The position numbers were made by a program, and so were the translations under genes. Below the pieces are notes generated by a model. It searched no databases. It was not told where the DNA came from and saw only the letters and a program-made list of their open reading frames with translations. A stretch of 63,799 nt of DNA, counting the filler, from Chrysochromulina tobinii (lineage: Eukaryota), in NCBI GenBank assembly GCA_001275005.1. It is 4 parts of 4 records of this genome, joined end to end, with 100 filler letters (N's around TTAATTAATTAA, not from the genome) between each part and the next. Parts side by side here need not be neighbours in the genome. Positions count along the whole stretch, not along the records: positions 42,824 to 56,507 come from JWZX01000452.1; 3 more parts are not named here. The stretch is one strand, 5' to 3'. Of this stretch, positions 42,824-53,462 are shown piece after piece (the stretch's first letter is position 1; each line of letters begins with the position of its first letter).

Positions 42824-45713
42824 GGGGGCGGGGGCGGGGGCGGGGGCCCTTCCATAGCTAAACGTGCGCCGATGGCTGACAGCGGGCGCGGCGGCGGACG
42901 TAACGGCCGCATCGGTCGATGCGGCTTTAGTAGGCGGCGCCGGCGCCGGCGCCGGCTTCGGTGGGGGCTTGCCGGCGGCTCCGAGAGCGGCACGGGCGGC
43001 ACTCATCGGGCTGGCGCCCGCCGGAGGTTGTTTCGCCCCCCCCGTTAGTACTGTGGGCGTGGCGGCGGTGTGGGCGGCATCGGCGGCGGTCATCAGCGAG
43101 ACGAGCGCGTCAGTGGAGACCGGCTTGGGCGGCGTGGAGGCCGCAAGCGCGGGTATTCCAAATTTGGCAGTCGCCTCAGCCAGGGCGCGAGAGCTCGCTT
43201 CGTCAAGCGCCTCGAGCAGCGTCTTCTCGACGAGGTGCAGCGCTCTCCGGTGGTCCGCGACGTGATCGGTGAGATTGAGGTCGAACTCGCGATACTTGAT
43301 GATCATCTGCTCCTCCTGACTCGCCTCTGACTTTTCTGTGAGCCACCACTGTCGGAAGGCCCGCGAGGCGTAGATGAGGGAAAGGAAGGGAGCGCAAGGC
43401 TGCTTGGGGGCTTGTCCGATGCCCGGCCGGTGCGCATGCGCCGCCGCGCCGCCAATTTTGGCGCAGACGCCCTCGAGAGCAGCACCCAGACCTTCCTTGA
43501 GCTTCTCCTTGAGCAACGGTGCGTGTGGGGCGACCACCTTATCCCGCTCGCACCGCTTTCGCACATCTTCTTCGAAGTCGAGGAGGAGGGCCCAGGTCGC
43601 CCGTGCGGCGGCATCCGCCGGGTGGACCGAGTCCGACAGGGAGCCCTCCTTAAGGTTGAGGATGCCAGCCAAAAACTCGAGGCAAGCTGCCTGCACGGCC
43701 GCCTCATCGAAGCGTTCCTAAGGACACAGAGGACCGAACTCATCAGTATGGGGCGCTCCGAGAGGCACTCCGAGAGTCCCCTCAGAGAGTCCCTCAGCGA
43801 GTCCCTCAGAGTGGCACTCAGGGAGGCACTCCGAGAGGCTCTCAATGGCACGCCCACCTTGGTGCATAGAGGGCCGAGCTTCCTGATCAGCGCGCCGACT
43901 GGAGGACAGCTCGACGCGAGCTGGCTGACCGAGGTGGGGAAAAAGGGCGACGAGGGCGCCAGACAAGGGCGCAGCTCGGTGCGGTCAAAGTCCGCGATGA
44001 CGATTTCGGTGGAGAGAGCGGCGCCGTCGGCGGCGATGGTCTGCGTCGTGCCCACATGCGTGCCGATCAGATAGGGCGAGGTTGAGTCCGAGATGAGCGT
44101 CTGGGCGTCCGAGGAGGCGAGCAGCGTCGCCGGCAGGTAGGGGATGTACGTGGACGAGAAGATTAGGGGAGCGAGGAGCGCCCGCAGCGCGTTCGACGCG
44201 GGCAAGAGCGTGTCCGGCTCCGACGAGATCAGCAGCACCTGCGAGGCACCATCCGAGGGACTGATGAGGGGCGCCATCCGAGGGGCTGATGAGGGGCGCC
44301 ATCCGAGGGGCTGATGAGGGGCGCCATCCGAGGGGCTGATGAGGGGCGCCATCCGAGGGACCAGATTTGACCAGATTTGGACTCAGCCCGATTCAGAGGT
44401 CTCTCAGCCCGATATGGAATGGGGGCGACCAGAGGAGGGATAGAGGGGGGGGGGGTAGCTCAGGGCAGATGGTGGAAGCCGCGCGGGCGGGATGGCGACC
44501 TTTTGATCCGTGAGGCAGGCGGCGATGAGGTACGCAATCTCGGTCACATTGTAGTCCATCGCCTTGAACAATGGCTCGATGGGCGAGGGGAGCCAAAAGG
44601 GGTTCTCGACGAGCCACTTGAGGTCCTGCTCGCGTTGACGAAGCAGGCCGAAGGTCGTGCGGCAGGCGTGCAGCAGGGCGTCGTGGTGGACGGCGGCCTC
44701 GTCGACGACCTCGTACGTGCGCGTCATCAGGATGAAGTGCTGACTACTGCTCGGGGCCTTGTACACCTTCCCAGCGTCCTTGGCTGCTTGCTCCTTAGCT
44801 GCCTGCTGCCGCTGCAGCGCGTCGGAGAACTTCAGGCCATTGAGAGGCTCGCCGTCAAGCGCGGTAATCTGGTCACCCGGGCGCACCTGACGCTCGGAGG
44901 TCGTTACGGAGGTCATTAGGGAGGTCATTAGGGAGGTCATTCGGGAGGTCATTAGGGAGGTCATTGGGGAGGTCATTAGGGAGGTCATTAGGGAGGTCAT
45001 CAGGGAGGTCATTAGGGAGGTCATTAGGGAGGTCATTAGGGAGGTCATTAGGAAGGTCGTTAGGGAAGACGTTAGGAAGGTCTAACGTTAAGGCAGGACG
45101 TTTGGGGGCGCACCTGGCGCTCCTTCGCGGCCATGCTGCCCGCCTCGACGGACATCACAACGTTGTTCTGCCCCATCACCAGCCCGAGACCATACTGGTT
45201 GCGGCTCACGCGAACCTTCAGCTCTCGCGTCCGCTTGGTGGTGGGCACCTTCGCGTGCTGGACGAGCGGCAGCAGAGACCGAAGCAGCTGCGAGAGCACC
45301 TTGAAGATGGGCCGGCCCGAGATCATGCAGATGGCCACCGGGCGGTGCTTCGGGCCCGAGCCCTTGGTGCTCGACGGGTGTGGCACCAGCACCTGCAGCG
45401 AGACACCGTGCAGCTCGTTGCCTTTCGAGTCGGTTAATGTGAAGGTGAGCTCAGACGGCTCGTGGAGCTTGAGAACGGGCGCGAAGCAAAAGTGCGCGAT
45501 CGAGTCGGGCAGCGAAGCCTCTTTCGGGAAGACAAACACCGGATCGACAGAGAGTGGCAACTGCTGCGGCATGGCGATAACGCTCGCCTGCGACTGTCCC
45601 GGTGGCGGGGCTGCGAACTGGACGATTGGACCATGGAGCAGCCCAAAGGTGAGCGAAAGGAAACCATCCTCGACCTTGTCTGGGTCTACGATTTCCGACG
45701 CTGTTTGCGACAT
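42824..45713 (-). CDS. DENN-domain protein (Rab GEF-like) with inserted PDZ domain; exons 45713-45114, 44886-44500, 44238-43858, 43717-contig end (3' truncated)
   Basis: uDENN IAHFCF..TFTLTDSKGNELHG; PDZ YGLGL..GSMA..VRPGDQITALDG; DENN LTDQK|VLLISS..YIPYLP..PYLIG; three phase-0 GT-AG introns. Confidence 0.85.
43718..43857 (-). repeat. Intron with degenerate ~12-bp CTGAGTGCC/CTGAGGGAC repeats
   Basis: AAG|GTGGGC...CCTTAG|GAA gives LCTK|ERFDE. Confidence 0.75.
44239..44499 (-). repeat. Intron with 25-bp CCCCTCGGATGGCGCCCCTCATCAG repeats
   Basis: AAG|GTCGCC...TCGCAG|GTG gives LTDQK|VLLISS. Confidence 0.75.
44887..45113 (-). repeat. Intron with 12-bp CCTAATGACCTC repeats
   Basis: CAG|GTGCGC...CGTCAG|GTG; removal restores the PDZ domain frame. 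Confidence 0.85.
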
Positions 45714-45892
45714 CCTCGAACGATGATTCCTCGCAAGTCGCTAGTGTCGCGCTCGCTCTGGACCGCGATGCTGCCGCGACGGCGCCCGCGGAAAATCTTC
45801 CACGTGCCATGATTTACACTCGGATCAGCAAAACAGGATAAAATAGGTTAGTCAAGACTTCGTCACTAATCTCACATGAATCGCGACATAAA

Positions 45893-46447
45893 ATGATGTT
45901 CCTCATTCGCCGCCGCGCTGGAGTCGTCGCAGCGCTGCATCGGCATGGCTCGGTTGCAAACTATGGGCGCTCAATCACCACCGCTTCGCGTCTCCTCAGC
46001 AGCAAGCCGAAGCAGCCAGATATGCGTATACCTGAAGGCTCTGCCTACGCGGTGCTCGGCGTTGGCAGGCAGACGGACGCCGCATCGCTAAAGGCCATCT
46101 ACAAGTCGCTCGCACAACAGTGGCATCCCGATCGGCACCAGGGTGCGACCCGCGAAGAGGCCGAGCAAAAGTTCCAGGAGATCTCCGAGGCATACCAGAC
46201 CCTCTCCGACCCTATCAAACGGGCCATGTACGACGAGGAGCTCGATAGAGCCAAGACGACCGCAGAGGCCGCCAAGGCTGCAAAGAGATTCCGCGCAGGC
46301 ACCTGGAATACGGAAGTCCCTGACATGCGCGCGCGACTCCGCGACGCCAAAAAGGAGGAGCCGGGCATGCCGCCACACATCATTGCGGGCACGCTCCTCC
46401 TTGTGACAGGCAACTTCATCCTCGTTGTCAATTGGCTGGGAGGCTAA
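45893..46447 (+). CDS. DnaJ-domain protein, probably mitochondrial, with C-terminal TM
   Basis: YAVLGV..WHPDR..KFQEISEAYQTLSD; Arg/Ser-rich presequence. Confidence 0.9.
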   Translation: MMFLIRRRAGVVAALHRHGSVANYGRSITTASRLLSSKPKQPDMRIPEGSAYAVLGVGRQTDAASLKAIYKSLAQQWHPDRHQGATREEAEQKFQEISEAYQTLSDPIKRAMYDEELDRAKTTAEAAKAAKRFRAGTWNTEVPDMRARLRDAKKEEPGMPPHIIAGTLLLVTGNFILVVNWLGG

Positions 46448-46800
46448 ACATATTGGTGAGTCCGGCGCGCCGCACCGCGTGAGTGGGTGGGTCCAACGGT
46501 TTGATCTCAAGTAAATGTTTATAGTAAGTGCTTGATGTATACCGGTTGTAGCCATGCAGTCTCTACATCACGGGAGCGCCACTCCCGCGAGCTGCGCGCG
46601 GGGTGCGGACGCGACGTCGCCCACACCTCGACGCTCACCGAGTTACGACCGACGGGAGACCGACGGAGACAGATGTATCATCTGGTCGCATGCTTGGCGA
46701 ATGCCCGCTCGCATACGCCCATCGTTATCGCATCTGCGACTGCCTGCCTAATGGAACTGCGAGGATCGTCGCATAGGGTGTACGAGAGAGGGTCAGAAAC

Positions 46801-47187
46801 TCAGAATCGTGGGCATTTCAGTACAGGCGTGCGTTGGCAAGGACTCACGTTGAATTCATCGCTGTCCGGATTGTTGCGCATATAGACCGTCGATGTCGGC
46901 AGGTAGTGCGTCTGGATGCCCTTGTACCCCATCGTCGCAGCGCCCCCGTGCGGAGCCGTCGATGCCCGCGGCCATCGCTTGCTTGAGGAGCCCTCAAACC
47001 CGGTCGTGAAGGACGTCAAGCGCTTGGGCCCCAACAGGTGGCCATTGTCGTCCACGATGAAGACGGTGCGGAAACCGGGCGGGCGCGCCACTGGTTTAAT
47101 TTCGCGGTTAGCGGACACCTCCCAGTTGCAGAGGGACACAGGCTTGAAGGCCGAATTGTACTGCAACGCCGACGAGCTAAACGACAT
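46801..47187 (-). CDS. CFAP126: Flattop/CFAP126 ciliary protein
   Basis: FSSSALQYNSAFKP..LCNWE..FIVDDNGHLL matches the Flattop signature. Confidence 0.8.
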   Translation of the reverse strand: MSFSSSALQYNSAFKPVSLCNWEVSANREIKPVARPPGFRTVFIVDDNGHLLGPKRLTSFTTGFEGSSSKRWPRASTAPHGGAATMGYKGIQTHYLPTSTVYMRNNPDSDEFNVSPCQRTPVLKCPRF

Positions 47188-47615
47188 CCCGTGCCTACCG
47201 AGACAACGTGCGAGGTCGCACAGGCGTCAGTTGACAGAAAGGCGTGGTTGTCGCCTGCGCTTGGCAACGAGGAGACCGTTCTCGTGGCCCTTCACCACGT
47301 GCGGTGAGATGAGCATTTCATGGATGAGGAGGTTGAAATGGCTGGCAAGGGTGTCAAGGGGAGCCCGGCGAGCGATTGCGGGATGATGCCACCGAGGCCG
47401 ATGGCCAAGGCGTTGGCCAAGATTACAGGTCAGGTGCCAAGAGCCGTGGCTGAGCCGTCAGGCGGCCACCTACCATCTTCAGAATCAGCTCACCGTCGCG
47501 TCCGCACGCAATCGTTACTCGAGTGCCTCGCAACGAAAGGCAGGCGCTGTGCGTGTTGTTTGATGTTTCCGTTTTGGGACAACTGTGTACAAACTGCACA
47601 CTCGCCACTCCGATT

Positions 47616-48698
47616 TCAATAGAGTTCTGTGTGCGCGATGACCGCCGGCACGAGATCGAGATCCTCGAGCGCCTCCTTGAAGGCCTTCCCGTTCCCTGCA
47701 GCAGCGCGAGCTCGGGCCTCGCGAATGGCGCGCCATTCGGCTCGCGCGGCACTGGATTCAAGCTCATCCAAGTGCTCGGCGTGCGCTGCGGCAAAGTCAA
47801 AGCTGTCGGGCACGAAGCGGCCGTCACCAACGGCCTCCCAATCGAGTGCGTGGAACCACGGGTGGAGCATCACGTCAGTGTAGCCGCGCGGGTATGTCAC
47901 TTGGCGCGCCTCGGGTGCCGCGCACAGCAGCGTGGCGGCGAGGGCGCGCGCCTGCTCATCAGGTACGTGGCTCAGATCGGGCTGAGCTCGTAAGATCTGC
48001 GTCTTGAGATCGTCACCTCGGGACTTGGAGATCGACGTCTCCCAAAACGGGGCCTCTCCCGCCATCATCTCGACGATGAGCACGCCCAATGCCCAGAGCT
48101 GTGCCGGCCAGCCGTGCCCGTCGCCACGCACGGCCTCCGGCGCATGGAAGTGGGGAGTGCCGCACAGCGACGTTGAGCGCTCGTCAGGCCCTGCGCGCTT
48201 CGCATGACCCAGGTCGATGAGCGTCAGTCGACCCGTGAGAGTGAACATGATGTTTGTGGGTTTCAGGTCGCGGTAGATGACGCCCTTTTCTTGCATGTGG
48301 CGCAGCGGAAGCAGCAGCGCGCCGACGCACGTGCGCGCGGCGCTCGGGGGCACGCACTGCCTCGGCGCGCGGCGCATGTGCCAGAGCAGCTCGCCTCCGG
48401 TAAGCAAGTCGAGCACGAAGTAGAGGTTGCGCTCGTCCTTTAGCGTGCAATGCAGGCGCACGATCGATGGATGGCACAGCTCGCTGAGCAGCTCCTTTTC
48501 GCGGAATAGGCGCGTGAGCTGCGCCTGGCCAACAATCTTTGTCTTCTCGATCACCTTGAGTGCAAACCGCTTATGAGGCTCAGTGCTGCTCAGAGTCGCC
48601 ACGCACACGGTGCACGATGCGCCGCGCCCAATGTTCTCACCTATCGTCAGTTCGGACAGACATAGATTTGCAGTGCTGGACTCGTCGGTAGCTGCCAT
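47616..48698 (-). CDS. AGC-family Ser/Thr kinase (PKA/PKG-like, divergent)
   Basis: GRGAS, FALK, GGEL, YRDLKPTN, DLG and CGTPHFHAPE. Confidence 0.88.
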   Translation of the reverse strand: MAATDESSTANLCLSELTIGENIGRGASCTVCVATLSSTEPHKRFALKVIEKTKIVGQAQLTRLFREKELLSELCHPSIVRLHCTLKDERNLYFVLDLLTGGELLWHMRRAPRQCVPPSAARTCVGALLLPLRHMQEKGVIYRDLKPTNIMFTLTGRLTLIDLGHAKRAGPDERSTSLCGTPHFHAPEAVRGDGHGWPAQLWALGVLIVEMMAGEAPFWETSISKSRGDDLKTQILRAQPDLSHVPDEQARALAATLLCAAPEARQVTYPRGYTDVMLHPWFHALDWEAVGDGRFVPDSFDFAAAHAEHLDELESSAARAEWRAIREARARAAAGNGKAFKEALEDLDLVPAVIAHTELY

Positions 48699-48952
48699 GG
48701 CGAGGTCTGGGCGAGGTCTGCCATTCACGCCGGCCGCCCGCGGGAGTCAAACTCTGTGAACGCGCTGCTGTGGGAAGAGGTCCCGCCCCGCCCTGGTCAC
48801 GTCGGTGATACGGTGAATCGCGTCGGTGTCTTTTTTTGGACCGGTGCCGGGACTGTAGCTACGAAAAGGGGTCGAATTCCATTGTCGAATTCACGTCATC
48901 ATGTCCGTCTTCCTACATGCTGACTCTCATCAGTGGCTGCCCTGCTGCACTT

Positions 48953-49876
48953 TCAACGACTCCAACCCGCCCGGTACAAATGCAGGAACGCCGCGCTCGA
49001 GGCAATGTCGACCTTGAGGTTGTAGTCATCGAGATCATGGCCAGCCTCGACGGCGCCCCATTCGTCTATCTGATATTGCTCTGCAGTTCGGGCCGCCTTG
49101 GCGGCAGATTCCGCGTCAATGCGGCCGTGCGAAACCGCCAGCGAGATGACGAAGGACTTGCTCGCACCCGTCATCATATCGAGGGCCGCCAGCTCCCAGT
49201 CATCGGCCTGTGCAAGCAGCTCGCGAGCGCGCGGCTCGGCCTCGGCCGGATGCGTTAGCTTGAACGTATGGCTCACCGCCAATTTCAGGCCAACGTCGTC
49301 CGCGAGCCAGCTTAATAGCGGTGCGAAGGTCTGCTCCTCGCGCTGCATGAGCTGCGGTTCCTCACTGGAGCGGAAGCACGCAAGGTCCGCGTTGAGGCAG
49401 CGGATCATCGACTCGACCATGGTCGGTCGGATGGTCGGAACCTGATCGATGCTCGTCGAAATGAGCTTCATCAGTGGCATCGTATCCGGACGCAGCATCT
49501 TCGGCTGCCTCTCCCACTCGGCCGCCAGCGCGTGGGCGAGCGCCTCGGTGCGCAGTGCAAGGACGCGCTTCGCCGGCGTCATGACGTTCTTGCCGTCGAG
49601 GGCGATCGTGTAGCCGGCGCCGGGAAGAGCGCGCACCGACACCTTGTCGTAAAATCTTTTTGTGGCCGCCTTCATCCCGGTCGCGTTTTTTTGCGGAGGG
49701 AGAAGGCGTCGCGCGTCGCCGATGCGATGACCGCCGTGATTTCTGTGCCCCCTCCTCACTCTTTTCCCACAGCTCGGAAGTGACACGCCCATGCCCGCCT
49801 CCTCTCTCGCTTGTCTCTTCACTTGTGAATGAGAGGAGATGTGTTTGCTCAACAGGACGACAGCGCGCCGCGCCAT
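48953..49876 (-). CDS. ATP12: Mitochondrial F1-ATPase assembly factor ATP12/ATPAF2
   Basis: KRFYDKV..LDGK..TPAK, AAEW, MPLMKL, and QIDEWGAVEAGHD. Confidence 0.92.
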   Translation of the reverse strand: MARRAVVLLSKHISSHSQVKRQAREEAGMGVSLPSCGKRVRRGHRNHGGHRIGDARRLLPPQKNATGMKAATKRFYDKVSVRALPGAGYTIALDGKNVMTPAKRVLALRTEALAHALAAEWERQPKMLRPDTMPLMKLISTSIDQVPTIRPTMVESMIRCLNADLACFRSSEEPQLMQREEQTFAPLLSWLADDVGLKLAVSHTFKLTHPAEAEPRARELLAQADDWELAALDMMTGASKSFVISLAVSHGRIDAESAAKAARTAEQYQIDEWGAVEAGHDLDDYNLKVDIASSAAFLHLYRAGWSR

Positions 49877-51379
49877 GTAGCGATTTGCAGGCGGCGCTTT
49901 GAGGCTTTGTGGCGGCGCGCCTATTTTCAACTCACCACTCTCGGTATGCGTCTAGAGGCGACGAGCACCAGTACAAATGAAGTACGAGATCTGGCAAAAC
50001 GTGGACGTGTAGCTGCCGTGCGTCGACGGTGCAAAAGGAGTTTGGAATCTCAGTTTGATTTCCAAAAAAAGTAGATTGAACTGCACGGCAAGAAAATCCC
50101 CGCAGCGAACTTGTGAATCTTCGGGGATTTTCGAGAAAGCTATTTTGTCTCCCGCTGCTCACCACGCTGATCGATCGCCCTGCGCAAAAAGGGTGAGGAT
50201 TCTGTGCCCTCCATTTCGGAAAGAGCTCCGCTTGCAGCCGCTGGGTGCTGGGACTTTTAGCCGGCGAGGACGGAGCCTCAGCCGCCTCTTCCTCTTATCC
50301 ACAAGTGTCACCTGGATCTCCGATGACCCCCAGCACGATGTCCCCTCAGTCTCCGTCGTCGGCAGTGCCAATGCCAGTACCCCTGCACTCTCTGTCCTCC
50401 TCCCCGCCCGACGACGGCGCGGCGCTCAATGCCTATCTTCAGAACGGGCGCCGAGACATCGAGGAATTGCATTCGAGCAGCATCACGAGCGTGCCGGAGG
50501 ACTCTGCGTGGTCAGATACGAAGTCGGACGCCTTCCAAATGTCTTACACCGGGTCAGACAAGTCTGACGGCGACGTCTTCCGTCTGTCCTTCAACCCGGA
50601 ACGCTACAGCCCGCCACCCAACCCATCGCACTCGCAGAACGCCCCGTCGCACTCGCAGGCTGGACAGATAGAGCCCGCGCCATCTACGAATAAAGCACGT
50701 CCGCCGAGGCCACCGAATTCGCTGGCAAGGCCGACCATGATGGCCGAGAGTCCACGCAGTAGAAGCTTCATGGGTGGGCTACTGGGCTCGTCGCGCTGGT
50801 AGCTCTGCCTCTCTCTAGGGTATGTACGAGTACGGTACCATGTATTGCGCATATGATAGCCGGCCGGGCGCCGGTATCGCGGGATGCCTGGGTAATTCCT
50901 CGGGTCGTGTTTCGGTCGCGCAGCGGTGACCGCGACCGCGGTGAAAACTGTAGCACAACTTGCAAGGATGTGAGCCGCACGAAAATCATCACATCTCGTC
51001 AAATCTCGTCAAATAATGTGGCGCGCTCCTCAGCCCGCAAGTCGTCAGTCGTGGCGAACGAAAGGGGCACGAGCACAGAGGCGTCACAGCCTCTCACAAC
51101 TTCTATATGCCAATATGCGGTAAGCACCAAGTCCCGCGCACCTTAAGTGCAGAAGCCCACGCCAACGCCATGTCGTTTTCTTCACACAATCTGATTTCTC
51201 GACAACTCTTCGTTCTTCACGAGAGTCGATCAACTGCGCCCTCCACGTTCGGGACCTGTGGTTGTGCGTCTTGCCGAGTTGGCAATTTCACGTGAACGTG
51301 GACGTGAACTCTTCGTTCTTCTCGAGTGTCGCGGAAAGCTCTGAATTTTCTGCATGAATTTTCGTCGACCTTCCGCATC

Positions 51380-52111
51380 ATGAACGACCAGACGTATACG
51401 CGATCGACGATCTGGGAGGCTGACTTGGACCACCGCTTCTGCCCGTACGCCACGTCGCGCGCCTTCAACGCGGCTGAAGGTGCCACCGTTGTTGAAAAGT
51501 TTGGCCAGTCATTTGTCTGGGACGAGTCGCTGCACTGGACCGCTGAAGAGCTCGAGCCGCTTAGGCTCGTGGGCGATGAGCCCATGGATAGAGTCCTCGA
51601 CTCACTAGACCCTGCCGCAGGCACGGACGTATTCAGCGAACTCGTCGATGCAGCCAAGAAGCAGCCCAACGGCGAGGCGGCTCTGTTGCTGCAAGACGCC
51701 AGCCAAGGGGCGGCGGAGTGGGTCGACTGGGACCTGATCGCGAAGGGCCAGGCCGTCTTCGTGCGGCACATGCCAGCGGCCGGGGTCGTGCTGTATAACA
51801 TGTCCCTCGTCGGCGGTTTCTCGGCGCCCAAGATCACCGCCGTGCTCGAGCAGAGCGGATATTTGACCGCCGCGCCGCACGCGGTGATGCGCCGACTGTT
51901 TGAGACTGGCAGGCTGCTCGTGGACAGTTGTGCGACCAAGGATGCGCTGCGCCCCTTCGAGGCCGGCTGGGTGTCGGCGCTGCGCGTGCGCATCCTGCAT
52001 GCCAAGGTGCGACGGCGCCTCTTGCGCCGGCAGAAGCAGAGCGGTCTGTCCTCCTCGTCGTCCTCCTCCGCCTCTCAAAGATCAAAACGCGACTCCGCCG
52101 CCCCTGCCACT

Positions 52112-52144
<33 letters not shown>

Positions 52145-53065
52145 GCCGCCGCCTCATCATTGGAGGGCGCAGAGAGCACATGGGACGTGGCGGCGCTAGG
52201 CGTACCCATCAACCAGGAAGACATGGCCGTCACTCTCCTCGCCTTTTCGTATAACGTCCTTTATGGCCTCGAGTTGATCCTTGGTGAGCCTCTCACCGAA
52301 CCGGACCAGCTGGCGTACCTGCACCTGTGGCGCTATCTCGGGCACCTTCTCGGCCTGCGGGGCGAGTGGAACCCGTGCACGCCGCCACCCGGCGTCGCTC
52401 CCATCGCGTACGCCAAGGCTTTCTTTGAGAGCATCATCGTGCATCAGCTGCATCCAAACGAGCTGTCGATACGAGTGGCACACCACATGCTGCGGGCACC
52501 CGCCGCTGCACGGCGCGCCCGTCGCGCGGCCGCGCCGTGCGCTATGCCCGTCAGCGGCGGCGATGCCAAGGGCGCTGGTACGGTGCTGCTCTGCGATGAT
52601 CACGCCTTGCATAAGGCACCGAGCCTGAGGACCGACCTCGCCGAAGCGATCGCTTTCACGCACAACGCGCAGCTCACGCGCCTCCTTGTGGGCGACGCGC
52701 TCGGTGACGCGCTGCAGCTCCCGTTCGACCCTGCCGCGCGGCGCGCCGCGCGCCGCCGGCTTCGCTTCTTACGCCTGTACGCATGGGCATCCGAGAGCTG
52801 GTTGATTGGCGGCGCCATCGAGCGGCTCCATCGGTGTGTGCTCCGAACCGTTCACCAGAACTGCCTCTGATGAGCTCACCTACTAATGACCTACTGATGA
52901 CCTACTGATGACCTACTAATGACCTACTGATGACCTCTCTCACCAGAATTGCCTCTGATGACCTCTCTGAGTGCCTCCGTCATCAGGTTTGCGCTTCGAG
53001 CCATCCAATGGGCAGAGGGGCCGCAGCTGTTCGTGATGAAGCCGGGAGGCCGCTGCCCAGTCTAA
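51380..53065 (+). CDS. MpaB / rubber-oxygenase-like (DUF2236) heme oxygenase domain protein (exons 51380-52833, 52987-53065)
   Basis: RRLFET, RVRILHAKVR, GVPINQEDM..TLLAFS and HLWRYLGHLLG. Confidence 0.85.
52834..52986 (+). repeat. Intron with 11-bp CTGATGACCTA repeats
   Basis: CG|GTGTGT...CATCAG|G gives RLHRFALRAIQW...*. Confidence 0.75.
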
Positions 53066-53462
53066 CGCCGCTGCCCAGTCTAACGAACGCGTCTTCGTGG
53101 CAAAAGGGTGTGCCCGTGACGGTGGACGGTGCTCGCTGCTCGGTCGGTGGAGGCGAATCAGAGGTGAGTGGTTGTACGTTTACGAAATCCAACTCTCAGA
53201 TCTTGGATCTTTGTAATTTTGTATAATGAATCAATGATCGCGCCTAAATGCTAAAATTCGCATTCTCGGATCCGTCTCGCGCCGGCCTGGCGCCGCGCTG
53301 CGCCCCTCTGCAGCCGGTTTGGATGGCGGTCGGCGGCCGAGATCGCTCAACTCTCCGCTCTCATCCCTCACAGCCTCTTCACAGCCTCGGGGTCAGAGCA
53401 GCGGTTCGGACTCACGCGAGTCTCAAAGTTTCTTACCCGCAGCTACCCCGAAGCGGTAAGGG

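Noticed and set aside
44900..45048. Apparent (MTSL)n, (GRSL)n and (VISGHQWS)n repeat proteins
   Set aside because: These are translations of intronic minisatellites; removing the introns restores conserved domains.
50245..50802. Ser/Pro-rich ORF
   Set aside because: It may be real but is low-complexity with an uncertain start and no domain evidence.
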